Assembly (NCBI RefSeq): GCF_009914755.1
Contig: NC_060928.1
Length of the DNA: 64,000 nt
Strand: one strand, 5' to 3'
From: the human T2T-CHM13v2.0 reference genome, Homo sapiens
The position numbers were made by a program, and so were the translations under genes. Below, piece by piece: positions 16,611 through 30,261 of this stretch. Below the pieces are notes generated by a model. That model saw only the letters and a program-made list of their open reading frames with translations, ran no database searches and was not told where the DNA came from. Position 1 is the stretch's first letter. Each line of letters starts with the position of its first letter.

Positions 16611-17684
16611 CAATGTAGTCAAACAGCCAAACAATCCATTTCAAAAATTACTATTAGAAGATGAATTTTTTTTTATTTTCCCAATAGTTATAATCGAGAC
16701 TATGTCTTTGGGGGAAGAGCCTACATAGCTACAATACTTAAAAGTCTCTTGCATAAATTATTATATTGAATTATTGTTACCAACTTTAAACATATACATT
16801 CTTTTATCTAGAAAGGTGAAAAAGGAGACAATTTCTAATGGGCCTCTTTTAATATCCTTTAGAAATATTTCCTCAAAACACATGATACAAAATCAAACTT
16901 CAAGTTTAAGTTTGAGCTCAAACCTATAGACAAGTGGTATATTATTTAGCTTAATGTCTGTGGCCTAAACAAAACTAGGAAAAACATCCTAATATTCTGT
17001 TCTGACTACACTCAATTATCCAACTAGAAGGATGTAAATTATGTGTATCCATTTTCCTAGAGATTCAGTGGAAAACACACATTTTTCTAACACATGTAAA
17101 TATGCCACTGCATAACCTCACTTGAAGGATGTTAAACCCTCTAAGGCCCAAAACAAGTAGATTTAATTCCATGTGGTAGAGTTCAACTTGCTAAGTGAGA
17201 TATATTAAAGTTCTGACTTCAAGGACATATATTTTTTTGAGGACAAATTTATTAATTCAAACCCTAGAAGAGACTGAATTTTGCTCAGAGCTGTGTCTAT
17301 TATCCCTATGTATGAGAAAATGGTAAACAAAGTTTTAGGTCTTCTTTTTGGTACAAGAATGTCCATCTCAGACATGAGGTTTTTGAGATACAATAGTTAA
17401 TATTCTACAGACACACATATGACATTCGAATTCATTTCTACAGTTAACTTATTCTAATAACTTTTTCTTTATTGCTGTATTCATATGTACCTAGACTAAT
17501 ATTGGCATTAAGCAACTGACAGTTTTATTAATAACCTGACTTATTTGTTTCACAATCTTCTATTGTAATAACCTTGTTATTTTACTTCCTAGCATCTGAT
17601 GGGACTATCCTTCACTTGCATAATTTGATCTCACAATTGACATGATTCATTGCATCAAGATAATGACTTTAGTGAATTTAAATA

Positions 17685-17764
17685 TCAAGTTAGTACAAAA
17701 GTAATTGCGGGCGTTGACATTGATTTCAAGGGCAAACTCCGCAATTACTTTTGTACCAACCTGA
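17685..17764. mobile_element. MADE1 mariner MITE
   Basis: 80-bp palindromic element with caaaagtaattgcgg / ccgcaattacttttg TIRs and TA flanks. Confidence 0.9.
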
Positions 17765-19006
17765 TATATCAACTCACCTGACATGCACATTATTTCGTAG
17801 GTCTTCAGGACAGTTCCTCTGAATCTTGAGACCTCATTTTGATCACAAGACAATACATTCATGCATGTATTGTCAACATGGTGTCTATTTTCAAATGTCT
17901 GTGGACTGTTACTGTCCGAATAAACTATGACAAAATCAAAGCATACTTATTTAATAATAAATACCCAAAAAAACTATTTGAAAAAATGATGACCTTATAG
18001 ATAAGAAAATATGTATAAGAATATTATAATAAAATGAGACATGATTATATTTTTAACTCAGACTCTTTTGCAGATAATGAAATAGACTTCCAGGATTTGG
18101 ACTCTCTTCTAGGACTCTCTAAACTCTAACTATTCTCATTAGTGTAAGTTGGAAGTGTGACATTTGTTTCCACTAATTAGAATAGTTAAAAAAAATTAAA
18201 ACTACCAAAGGTACCATGAACACCTCTGCAGGTATATAAGAATATAAAGTCATCATATATATGTAAAGTCATCTTTACATATATATATCTTTATATATAG
18301 CAATAGAAAGGTTTGCTTGTGATCTAGGTATGTGTTAGTCAACATTAACATTATTATATAAACTACAGAAACAATGAAGAAATTGATGCCTCTATTGCTG
18401 TGATATAACATAAACTTTTTATAACATAAATGTGTGTTAAATAATGTTATTATTTATTGTTAACAAGATGAAATTCAAAATTTATATACAAATGATCTCC
18501 TAGTCAGCAGGAATGTATTTTTTTTGCAAGTTTACTTATTGCTTCAAAGTTTAACATAGCATTTCAAAACTACTTTATTTCCATATCTAAAATATTTTCT
18601 TCTTTTTTCTCATCACTTTCTGCATTGAAGTCAGTTTTGCTTATTCTGCATATTGAATACCATGTGCCAATTAAATTAGTTTTATTTAACATGTGAATTA
18701 GATATAAAGGATGAACCACTACCTTTTTTAAACATTTACGATTGTCACCTTTGGAAAAATATATTACAAGTTCTACTTTAAATATTTAATGATTACAATT
18801 TTTTAGGACAAGAATTTTTTCTCGATTTTCAAGTTTAAAATGTTTCTAGTATACTGTTTTTATTGACAAAAAATACATATTAAACTCATTGATAAATTTC
18901 TTTACATTTTTCTGAAAAAAAAATGTGACAATCTTGTCACTTCTGTGACAATATTCCCATCAAAATATATTTTAATTTGGATAGTATTAGAACTCAGAAA
19001 AAAGCA

Positions 19007-19007
<1 letters not shown>

Positions 19008-19053
<46 letters not shown>
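19008..19053. repeat. (TA)n microsatellite
   Basis: Pure TA run. Confidence 0.95.
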
Positions 19054-19056
<3 letters not shown>

Positions 19057-20140
19057 TACTACAGAAATATGAAAATATATCAAAGAGTTCCAAATTGCAC
19101 AAATTTGTTTTACTAAAATATTTTGAAGTATTACCTAATATTCAACAATACAACAATACAATCTTTACAGTACATGAAAATTCTATTTCTATAATTTCAT
19201 CTATTAACTGTTATCTTGTTTCTTCTATCTTGTGAAACATTTTTTCAATCTTTTCCTTACTTATCATTCTAATACATTGTCTGTGAACAAGCTCTCATAA
19301 TCTCCTACCAGTCTATTCCCAAACTAAATGGTAATCCTATTATCTTCTTTTATTTTCTGTAATCTTTTTCTACATTGTGGCCACAGAGATCTTTATTTTT
19401 AGAAATTTCATTTGCACTTTTCTGAAAAGAATATTGTTCTTATATCTCAGTGATGGCAAATATGACCACTTTTTAAAATGTTTATTTCCATAGGTTTTCA
19501 GAGAACACGAGGTATTTGGTTACATGAGTAATTTATTTACTGGTGATTTGTGAGATTTTGGTGTACCCATCACTCGAGCAGTATACACTGAACCCAATTT
19601 ATAGTCTTTTGTCCATCACCATCTTTCCATCTTTTCCCCCAGTCCACAAAGTCCATGTGTCATTCTTATGCCTTTGCATCCTCATAGCTTAGTTCCCACT
19701 TATAAGTGAGAATATACGATGTTTGGTTTTCCATTCCTGAGTTATTTACTTAGAATAATAGTCTCCGATCTCATCCAGGTCACTGTGAACACCATTAATT
19801 CATTCCTTTTTATGGCTGAGTAGTATTCCAGTGTGTGTGTATATATATATATACACATACACAATAGAATATATATCAATATATAGAGATATAGATATAG
19901 ATATAGATAGATATAGATATAGATACACACATACACACACACACCAGTTTCTTTATCCACTCCTTGATTGATGGACATTTGGGTTTGTTCCACATTTTTG
20001 CATTTGCGAATTGTCCTGCTATAAACATGCGTGTGCAAGTACGTTTTTGTATAATGACTTATTTTCCTCTAGGTAGATACCCAGTAGTGGGATTGCTGGA
20101 TTGAATGGTAGTTCTATTTTTAGTTCTTTATGAAATCTCC

Positions 20141-20493
<353 letters not shown>

Positions 20494-20721
20494 TTACATT
20501 CCCGCCAACAGTGTAGAAGTGTTCCCTGTTCACTGCATCCATGCCAACATCTATTATTTTTGGATTTTTTTATTATGGCCATTCTTGCAGGAGTAAGGTG
20601 ATATCACATTGCAGTTTTGATTTGCATTTCCCTGACCATTAGTAATGTTGAGGACTTTTTCCTACGTTTGTTGGCCATTTGTGTATTTTCTTTTGAGAAT
20701 TGTCTATTCATGTCCTTAGCC

Positions 20722-21052
20722 TTTTTTTAAAAAATTTATTATTATTATACTTTAAGTTTTAGGGTACATGTGCACAATGTGCAGGTTTGTTACATATGTA
20801 TACATGTGCCATGTTGGTTTGCTGCACCCATTAACTCGTCATTTAGCTTTAGGTATATCTCCTAAGGCTATCCCTCCCCCCTCCCCCCACCCCACAACAG
20901 TCCCGGAAGTGTGATGTTCCCCTTCCTGTGTCCATGTGTTCTCATTGTTCAATTCCCACCTATGAGTGAGAACATGCGGTGTTCATGTCCTTTGTAGGGA
21001 CATGGATGAGACTGGAAACCATCATTCTCAGCAAACTATCACAAGGACAAAA
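20722..21052 (-). mobile_element. Short 5'-inverted L1PA nested in L1PB
   Basis: Minus 3' end to ~20982, then ~70 bp plus-strand inverted piece; flanks share agcct. Confidence 0.87.
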
Positions 21053-21549
21053 GCCTACTTTTTGATGGGATTGTTTTTTGTTTTTTTTTTTTCTTTCTGG
21101 TTTGTTTGAGTTCGTTGTAGATTCTGGATATTAGTGCTTTGTGCTTTGTCAGATGTATGGATTGTGAAGATTTTCTCCTACTATATGGGATGTCTGTTTA
21201 CTCTGCTGAATCTTCCTTTTGCGGTGCAAAAGCTCTTTAGTTTAATTAATTCCCGCCTATTTATCTTTGTTTTTATTGCATTTGCTTTTGGGTTATTGGT
21301 CATAAATGGTTTGCCTAAGCCATTATCTAGAAGGGTTTTTCCAATGTCATCTTCTAGAATTTTTATAGTTTCACGTCTTAGATGTAAGTACATCTAAAGT
21401 TGATTTTTTTTTATAAGATGAGAGATGAGGATCCAGTTTCATTCTCCTACATGTGCCACAGAGATCTTTCAAAAAATCTTATTTTAAAATTATATATGTT
21501 GTCTAAAACTCATCTAAGACTCTCCTTGTCTTCTGTAATGAGGGCTTAA

Positions 21550-22597
21550 TTTTTTTTAACTTGTGTGTATTTTATAATCAGAGGGTACATGTGCAGGTTT
21601 GTTACAAAGCTATATTGCATGATGCTGAAGTTTAGAGTACAAATGAATTCATCACCCAGGTAGTGAGCATAGTATCCAATAAAAAGCTTTTCAGTCCTTG
21701 CACCCCCCCCATCTTCTATTCTCTAGTGTCTGTTGTTCCCATTTTTGTGTCCATGTGTAACTAATGTTTAGCTCCCATTTGTAAGTGAGAATTTGTGATA
21801 TTTGTTTTTCTGTTTCTGTGTTAATTTGCTTAGGATAATGGATTTCAGCTTCATCCATGTTGCTACAAAGAACATGATTTTATTCTTTTTTATGGCTGCA
21901 TAGTATTTCATTTTATATATACAAATTTATATTTTCATGTTTTATATCTTTGCTATTGTGAATAGTACTGTGATGAACATACAGGTGCATGTGTCTTTTT
22001 GTAGAATGATTTATTTTCTTTTTGGCATATACCCAGTAATGGGATTGCTGGGTCCAATGGTAGTTCAACTCTTAGTTCCTTGAGAAGTCGCCAAAATGTT
22101 CTCCGTAGTGATTGAACTAATTTACATTCCCACCACCAGCAGTGTATGTGTCTCCTTTTCTCCACAGCCTCACCAACATCTGGTATTTTTTTACTTCTTA
22201 GTAAAAGTCACTCTACCTAGTATGGGATGGTTTCTCGTTGTTTTGGTCTACATTTCTCTGATTATTAGGGATGATGAGCATTTTGCCGTATGTTTGTTGG
22301 CTGCTTGTATCAGCCTTGGCAAAGAATTTGTGGCTAAGTCCTCAAAATCAATTGCAACAAGATAAAAATTAACAAGTGAGACCTAATTAAACTAAAGAGA
22401 ATCTGTACAGCAAGAGAAACTATAAAGGGAGTAAACAGACAACCTACAGAATGGGAGAAAATATTTACAAACTATGCATCCAATAAAGGAATAATATCTA
22501 GAACCTATGACGAACTTTAAAAAAATCAACAAACAAAAAACAAATAACCCCATCAAAAATCGGTTAGAGCACATGAACAGACACTTCTCAAAAGAAG
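21550..22597 (-). mobile_element. Older L1PA with 5' inversion
   Basis: Minus strand to ~22310, plus-strand ORF2 fragment thereafter. Confidence 0.82.
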
Positions 22598-24221
22598 TTC
22601 TTAAATCTTTAGCATCACACAGAAAGCTCTGAAGAGTCTATCCTGTTGACCCCTGTACTCCCAGCTCTTGACTTCTTTACTGGCATCGATTCCTATGGCA
22701 CACTGAGCTTTGCACCCTTTCAAAATCTTAGGTTTCTTTATTATTTTTGGGGCTTCCAAGCCCCCAACAGCTTTCTTTTCTCTACTCCCTTATCTCTGTA
22801 ACTCTACTGAAGCTGTAGGATCCAATTTAATATATATCCCTTTCTTTAAAAAAATATTGGTTTTGGTTGCAAATTGACAAATTTGACAAATTCTATATAT
22901 TTATGGGGTACAAAGTGATGTTATAATTTATAAATAAAATGTGTAATAATTAATGAAGCTCATTAACATATACATGACCTCAAATACCATCTTTTGAGAT
23001 GAGAATTTTGAAATTTATTTTGAAATGTACAGTAAATTATTTATTGTAGTAGTAATTGTATCTAACTAGTTATAGCAGAGAGCTAAAGCTGATTGAAAAC
23101 TTCAGAGCCAAGCCATTGTTAACGAAGTGATCTTAATCACTGATTAGAGAAATCAATTAAGAATCATTACACTAAAACGTTCATTATTAGAGCACAAACT
23201 CTGTGTTAACAATGATAACAATGACACACTACTAAAGATATGTGTTACTATAATTCCCCTCTTTTCTCAGGCTAAGTAATTTTTGGTTATTACAGTATTT
23301 TATAAGTATCTCTATAAGAGCACTTTTGGGATGTATTCATTTGTATCAACTCTATTGGACAATAATCTTTTTGAAGTCAGAGAAATAGCCTTTTTTCTTT
23401 GAGAATCTAGTACATAACACAGGGCTTTAGTACATAGGATAGTCATCATGTTTGACAAATAAATGAAATAAAGAGTTACTGTTTCATCATATATTCTTTA
23501 TCAGGACTCAAACAATTTCTAATCTTTATCTTTATTATTGCCCTGTTGTTGCAATGTCTGTAAGTATATGAAAAAACTGAAAAAATAAATTCTTACTGGT
23601 TTCCTGAATAGTCTCTAATACTTTATGTGCTCTGAATGTTAATAGATTTGCATTTATCTATACAATGTGTGTTAAATTATACTACTTTTATGTAAATATT
23701 TTCTTCAAATTATATTACAAAATGTTCATAAGGCAATAGGATTTCACCTATATCTACTCATCTATAATAATTTTTGAAGTTTTATTACATTAATTGAACA
23801 TATAAAAATGATGCCATGTCAGTTTCCTATTATGGAAATATGTGGAAGAAAAACATTAGAAATAACTTGTTATAGAAATAACTCCAACATGGTATTATAA
23901 GTTTCCATCTGAAAGCTGCTAGAACAAAAACTCCTAAGTCTTTTGTGTATTTTAAATACATGAAAACTATATGCACTTTAGTCATTCATAATATAGATTT
24001 AGTGCAGGGACCAATGCTGATTCTGAAAATAAGGTCAATAGCAAGAGAAGAGGGTATGTTTAGAAAATATAACTTTCATGTATTTATAATACATGACAGG
24101 TTTTTAACCAATTAAGCAGGATTTTTAGATATTAAATTTTTATTACAAGAGGATATAACTGAATAGATAGAACTCGAAAACATCAAAACATAAAGTTATT
24201 CAGAAAAGTTTAACACATAGT

Positions 24222-24266
24222 TTACTTTCAATAGCAAAAACTGCAATTGCTTTTGCACCAACCTAA
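24222..24266. mobile_element. Half MADE1
   Basis: ttactttcaatagcaaaaactgcaattgcttttgcaccaacctaa. Confidence 0.8.
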
Positions 24267-24809
24267 TCATACATATAACAATTTCCATTTGTTCGTGGCT
24301 TGATTGGAAATTTGACGTGGTCTATATTCACAACAATTCTTTCTGTTCAGAAATCCTTCTGTGCATTTAGCAACATGTATTATCATACACTTCTTCCAAG
24401 TTATTTTGAAAAGTATCATTCTATCTCAGTAATTTTGAAAATAGTGTATGGCTTGCATTATTCTAGGTGTTATATTGACATTAAAAACAAATTGACCTTT
24501 GAACATTTGCTCTGCATTCAAATTCCAGTCTAATTCATTGAGCTGCATTAACAGCATAAATTTAAAATCATTTATAATATTTGAAGATACATATGATGGT
24601 ATGTGTTGGACTATTTAATTTTCTTTGAAATTTTGTTCTATCTTAATAATCATAAAGAATCAACTTTTCTTGGGTAATAGACGGGATGGTCTATCTCTAT
24701 TTCAATTCTCCTGCAAAATGTTTTTCTTCAACAGTAAGATGCCAGCACATCAATCTGTACAGCAGTATTTCTAAAGAAGGACCATGCCAGGTCATTTCAT
24801 AATCTTTTC

Positions 24810-24898
24810 AGTCAATGTTTACTGAGGAAGGAGAGACATGCAAATTTTGGGTAGTCAATGTTTACTGAGGAAGGAGAGACATGCAAATTTTGGGTAGT
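24810..24898. repeat. Perfect 43-bp tandem duplication
   Basis: agtcaatgtttactgaggaaggagagacatgcaaattttgggt x2 + agt. Confidence 0.97.
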
Positions 24899-25857
24899 TA
24901 ATCAATGCACACATACGCACAAAAATCATCACAATTTTTTCAACTTTGAAATTATTTTTAATCAAATAAATGCTGATGTCTGAAGCCTGCAAGCAAACCC
25001 TGAAATTCCAAATAAAATCTTATCTTTTGTTTTAGCTTTATTCACGATGGACACTAATTCTCTCATATATTGTATTTGAAAAGAAAAACTTCAATTATAT
25101 AATGGCTATGTATATTTGTAAATAAAATTTCCATAGATTATATCACATTACAATGATAATGGCAGAGAAAAATATTAACTAGAAGTCAGAGAGCCAGCTC
25201 CCTTTGAGAAAAACAGTCAGAAACAGTCAGAGCTGGAAATCAAATTCTACACTGCAGAAGGTCACTGTTGTGATAGTCAAAAAGAGAAGCAAGAACAGTG
25301 TTGGGCCTCAGATGTTGAGAAAGGAGTTAATTTGTGTGCAGAAAGGGGTGGAACAGTGAAAGCTGTGTGCACTGTGTGCTTTCTCAGAGATTGGCTATTG
25401 GAACCACACCATAAATTCCCTATTTGGCACGTAAAGAAAATCTCAATTTTAAAACTGCAAGATATAACTCACTGTTACCGCTCTCCCTCAGTATTCTCAA
25501 TTTGAAATTTTACTCTCAGTCCTCAGGTTAAAACCCAGGAAATTCCCATATCCCTCCCTCCCCAATGAACATTGACTCAGAAGATTATGAAGTGGCCTGG
25601 CATGGTCCTTCTTTAGAAATATTCAGGTACAGATTGATGTATTGGCATCTCACCATCGAAGAAAATATTTTGCAGGAGAATTGAAATAAAGATAGGAATA
25701 GTACTTAGTTAAAACTTAGGAATAGTTCTTAACTATTTATGTGTTCTTCAATTTTTACTGACAATCAGATTTCTTACCAAATCTGATCAACTTCACCAAT
25801 ATTAAATCATTGAACAAATACAACCAGTTCTAACCATCATCACTAACTTTTCCCTCA

Positions 25858-26160
25858 TGCATTAGTCTGAGTCCTCCAAGAAGTAGGCGCCGAGACTACA
25901 TTAAATGTGCAAAGATTTTATTAAGGGAACAACCTGTATAGAAGGAAATGGGAAGAAAGTCAAGAAAGGCTGGAGAAGCCATCAGACTGCGAAGCAAACC
26001 TAACCCCAAGTGAAGGAAAGAAGCAGTCAAAAGTTGTGTGATGATATCCTGCTAGATTGCTTTGCAATTTAAGAAAGTTCAGGATAGCGCTCAAGGACTC
26101 CTCATGCTAAAGCCTTAGGCCTTTCTTGTCACCAGAAACGCGCTTGCCTTAGTTTCTTTA
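25858..26160. mobile_element. MaLR (MLT1-type) LTR relic
   Basis: tgcattagtctgagtcctccaagaag start resembles MLT1 termini; limits approximate. Confidence 0.5.
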
Positions 26161-27662
26161 ATTAGGTGCAATAGTGTTCCATCATATACTTAGATAATAA
26201 ATATTTGAATGGACTTGGTGAGGTTAATGACAGAGGCTACTCTTCAGATTTCAAATTTCAGCTTACTGATATTTAGTTTTCAGACAAATAAATATTAACA
26301 TTGGATGTTTTCCTGTATAGCAGTGGTAAAATTGTAAATTTTATTTAATGTTAATACAGGTAGCTAGTGTTACTAGGTGTTTTCTATGTGCTAGGCATTG
26401 TTCTAAGTATTTAACATGTCTTATTTTCTTTAAGCCTCTCAACAATCTTTTCAGCTGGTATTATTACCAAATCTCTTTTAGATATGATAAATCAGAGGCA
26501 GTATAATGACCTTAAGTTTACCTCTCCAAGTTACACACTTGGGCACTAAGGGCAATCTAGAAGATGCAAGTATTTATGTGATTTTTATTGACATGCTTCA
26601 AAATAGTCAAAAAATAAGGCACTGATGTTATTTCTGTTATCTAAATTTCAGTTTTCGGACTTGAAAATATCACTCTCTATGACCTAAGATGAAGTTTTAT
26701 TTATATTCAAGTTCAATTACAGTGTTTCTAAAAAATTATTCTTTAGGATAGCGAGGATTTGTACAGACATTCAAATCACTTGCTATCCTTAAAAATAACA
26801 ACTTAAGTAATAATAGTTAGGAGTTAACTTCATTTGTGGCTTTCTTTGGAAAGAGGTTGATTAAAATAACCCAGGGTTAAGTATTTTCTGATCAGTGGGA
26901 TGGACCTCAACTAGGCCTTCTTATCAACTCATTTTTCTTTAAATAATGAGTATAAACTTTTAATGATATGATTTTTACCACCTTTCTTTACTTTGTCTGA
27001 AGTCCAATTTTCTCTTGTGTAATAGAGGTCAAAAAGAAATAGCAGGAAGACCTAATGCAAATATCAAGCACCTTCCACAATGCTTGACTTAGAGCAGATA
27101 CTTGAAAATTGCAGCAAGTATGATTATTACTTACTATTACCTATTGTTACTTACAACTGGTTACTCCAGTTACATATTTTCTCACAAATTGTTTTATTAA
27201 ATCCCCAAAATTGACCATCTAAAAAGGTATAATTACCCCCATTTTGCAGATAAGGAAAGCAAAGTATAGCAGTATTAATCAACTTTTCTAAAATTACACA
27301 ATTAGTAAATTATTAGAGATAAAACTCATATTCAGATCTATTAGATGCCAAAACCAATGATGATGATGCTATATCTTGCATTTCCCTCAGATGGGAATAA
27401 ATTTTAGCCTTTAAGGCAAGACACAATGGAAAGGGCTGCCCTGAAAACCTACAAATTTCCAAGTTTTGCCTGTCTTGAAGTGGATATAAAAAGACTAACT
27501 TGAAGGATTAATGAAAAGTTGATTTGTGTACTGGACAGAAAACCAATCTAGAATATAAGCTCACATCCAATTCTATAATTTATAAATGGTTTTGAATAGG
27601 AAAAAAGACAATGAGAGAAAACAAATGTAATCAGAGATCACAATATCTTATTATTTCTCCAG

Positions 27663-29918
27663 TTTTTTTATTTATTTATTTTTATGATATTTTTGATTGA
27701 TATTAATATGTTTTGGGGAAACAGATGGTGTTTGGTTACACGAATAAGTTCTTTAGTAGTGATTTCTGAGATTTTGGTGCATCCATTACCCAAGCAGTGT
27801 ACAATGTATCCAATATATATTGGAAAGAGGTTGATTAAAATAACCTTGTCTTGTATCCCTCGCCACCCCAACCCTTTCCCACGAGTCCCCAAAGTCCAAT
27901 GTATCATTCTTATGCATTTGCGTTCTCATAGCTTAGCTCTCACATATGAGTGAGAACAAACAATGTTTGGTTTTCCATTCCTGAGTGATGTCACTTAGAA
28001 TAATAGTCTCCAATTCTATCCAGGTTGCTGTGAATGTCATTATTTCATTCCTTTTTATGGCTGAGTAGTATTTCATGTGTATTAGTTCATTTTCATACTG
28101 CTATGAAGAAATACCCAAGACTAAGTAATTTATAAAGAAAAAGAGGTTTAATGGACTCACAGTTCCACATGACAATCATGGCAGAAGGTGAAGGAGGAGC
28201 AAAGACACATCTTATTTGGCATCAGGCAAGAGAACATGTGCAGAGAAACTGCACTTTATAAAACCATCAGATCTCATGAGACTTGCTCACTATCACGAGA
28301 ACAGCACAGAAGAAACCCACCATCCTGATTCAAAAACCTCCCAGTAGGTCCCTCCTATGACACATAGGGATTATAGGAGCTACAATTCAAGATAAGATTT
28401 GGGTAGGGACACAGCCAAACAATATCACCATGGTATATATATATACATATACATGCCACATTATCTTATCCACTCATTGAATGCTATTTGGGCTGGTTCC
28501 ATTTTTTTGCAGTTGCAAGTTGTGCTGCTATAAACATGTGTGTGCAAGTGTCCTTTTCGTATAATGACTTCCTTTCCTCTGGGTAAATACCTAGTAATGG
28601 GATTGCTAGATCAATTGATAGATCTACTTTTAGTTCCTTATTTAGTTCTTCAAGGAATCTCCACACTGTTTTCTATAGTGGTTGTACTACTTTACATTCC
28701 CACCAACAGTGTAAAATTGTTCCTTTTTCACCGCAGCCATGCCAACATCTTTTTTATTTTTTTATTTTTTTATTTTTTCATTATGGCCATTCTTGCAGCA
28801 ATAAAGTGGTATCACATTGTGGTTTTAATTTGTACTTCCCTGATAATTAATGACGTTGAGCATTTTTCTATAGAACCTCTAAACAGACCAACAACAAGCA
28901 GCGAGATTGAAATGGTAATTAAAAAAAAAAAAAAGGAGCCAACAACAACAAAAAAAGTCCATGACCAGACAGATTAACAGCTGAATTCTATCAGACATTT
29001 GAATAAGAATTGGCGCCAATCCTATATACACTATTCCAAAAGACAGAGAAAGAGAGAATCCTCCCTAAATTAAAATGAAGCCAGTATCACCCTAATACCA
29101 AAACCAGGGAAGGACATAACAAAAAAAGAAAACTACAGACCAATATCCCTGCTGAACATAGATGCAAAAATCCTCAGCAAAACATTAGCAAACTGAATCC
29201 AACAGCATATGGAAAAGATAATCCACCACGATCAAGTGGGTTTCATGTCAGGGATGCAGGGATGGTTTAACATACATAAATCAATAAATGTGATACATGA
29301 CATAAACAGAATTAAAAACAAAAAACACATGATCATCTAAATAGATACAGAAAAGCATTTGACAAAATCCACTCTCACTTTATTATTAAAACCCTAAGCA
29401 AAATCGGCACACAAGGCACATACCTTAAAGGAATAAAAGCCATCTATGACAAACCCACAGCCAACATTATACTGAACTGGGAAAAGTTGAAAGCATTCCC
29501 CCTGAGAACTGGAACAAGGCAAGGATGCCCACTCTCACCACTGGTGCTCAGTATAGTACTGAAGTCCTAGCCAGAGCAATCATACAAGAGAAAGAAATAA
29601 AGGGCATCCAAATCGGTAAAGAGGAAGTCAAACTGTCGCTGTTTGCTGATGATATGATTGTAAACCTAGAAAGCCATAAAGACTCATCTAAAAAGCTCCT
29701 GTAACTGGTAAATGAATTCAGCAAAGCTTCAGGATACAAAATTAATGTGCACAAATTAGTAACCCTGTTATAAACCAGCAGCAACCAAACCAAGAATTCA
29801 ACCCTTTTCACAATAGCTGCAAAAAAATAAAAATAATAAAATACTTAAGAATATACCTAACCAAGGATGTGAAAGTCATCTACAAGGAAACCTACAAAAC
29901 ACTGCTGAAAGAAATCAC
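27663..29918 (-). mobile_element. L1PB-like element with 5' inversion, hosting THE1 LTR
   Basis: Minus strand to ~28868, plus-strand RT-region fragment ~28869-29918. Confidence 0.87.
28078..28427 (-). mobile_element. THE1-type solo LTR
   Basis: tgtattagt...cagccaaacaatatca; 5-bp TSD tcatg/ccatg. Confidence 0.9.
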
Positions 29919-30038
29919 AATGTCGTATTATTTTTCCAGTATTCATGAAGTGACATAATATTTTCTTAAGCAGATATTAAATTTCCAGAAAAACAAATTT
30001 ACACACCACTACATTTTTAATATACGTAAGTATATATG

Positions 30039-30261
30039 CAGTTGCCCCTCAGTACACACAGGGATTGGTTCCACAACACCTGTTTATACCAAAAGCTGTG
30101 TACTCTCATGTCCTTCAGCTGCCCCTGTGGAAGTGTGTATAGGAAAATTTGGCCCTCCACTGCAGGGTTTCGCATGCACAAATACTCTGGATATGGTTGA
30201 AAAAAATCCACATATAAGTAAACCCACGCAGTTCAAACCTATGCTGTTCAAGGGCCAAGTG
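30039..30261. mobile_element. MER8-like Tigger-derived MITE
   Basis: cagttgcccctcagta...gcagttcaaacc...ttcaagggccaagtg. Confidence 0.75.

Noticed and set aside
18902-19235. ORFs with YIYIYI runs
   Set aside because: Translation of the (TA)n microsatellite.
24810-24898. Direct repeats considered as a CRISPR-like array
   Set aside because: Eukaryotic DNA; only two abutting copies with no spacers.
26689-26740. ATGAAGTTT (MKF...) resembling an SCPP signal-peptide start
   Set aside because: No hydrophobic core, no acceptor 12 nt upstream and no donor at the expected position.
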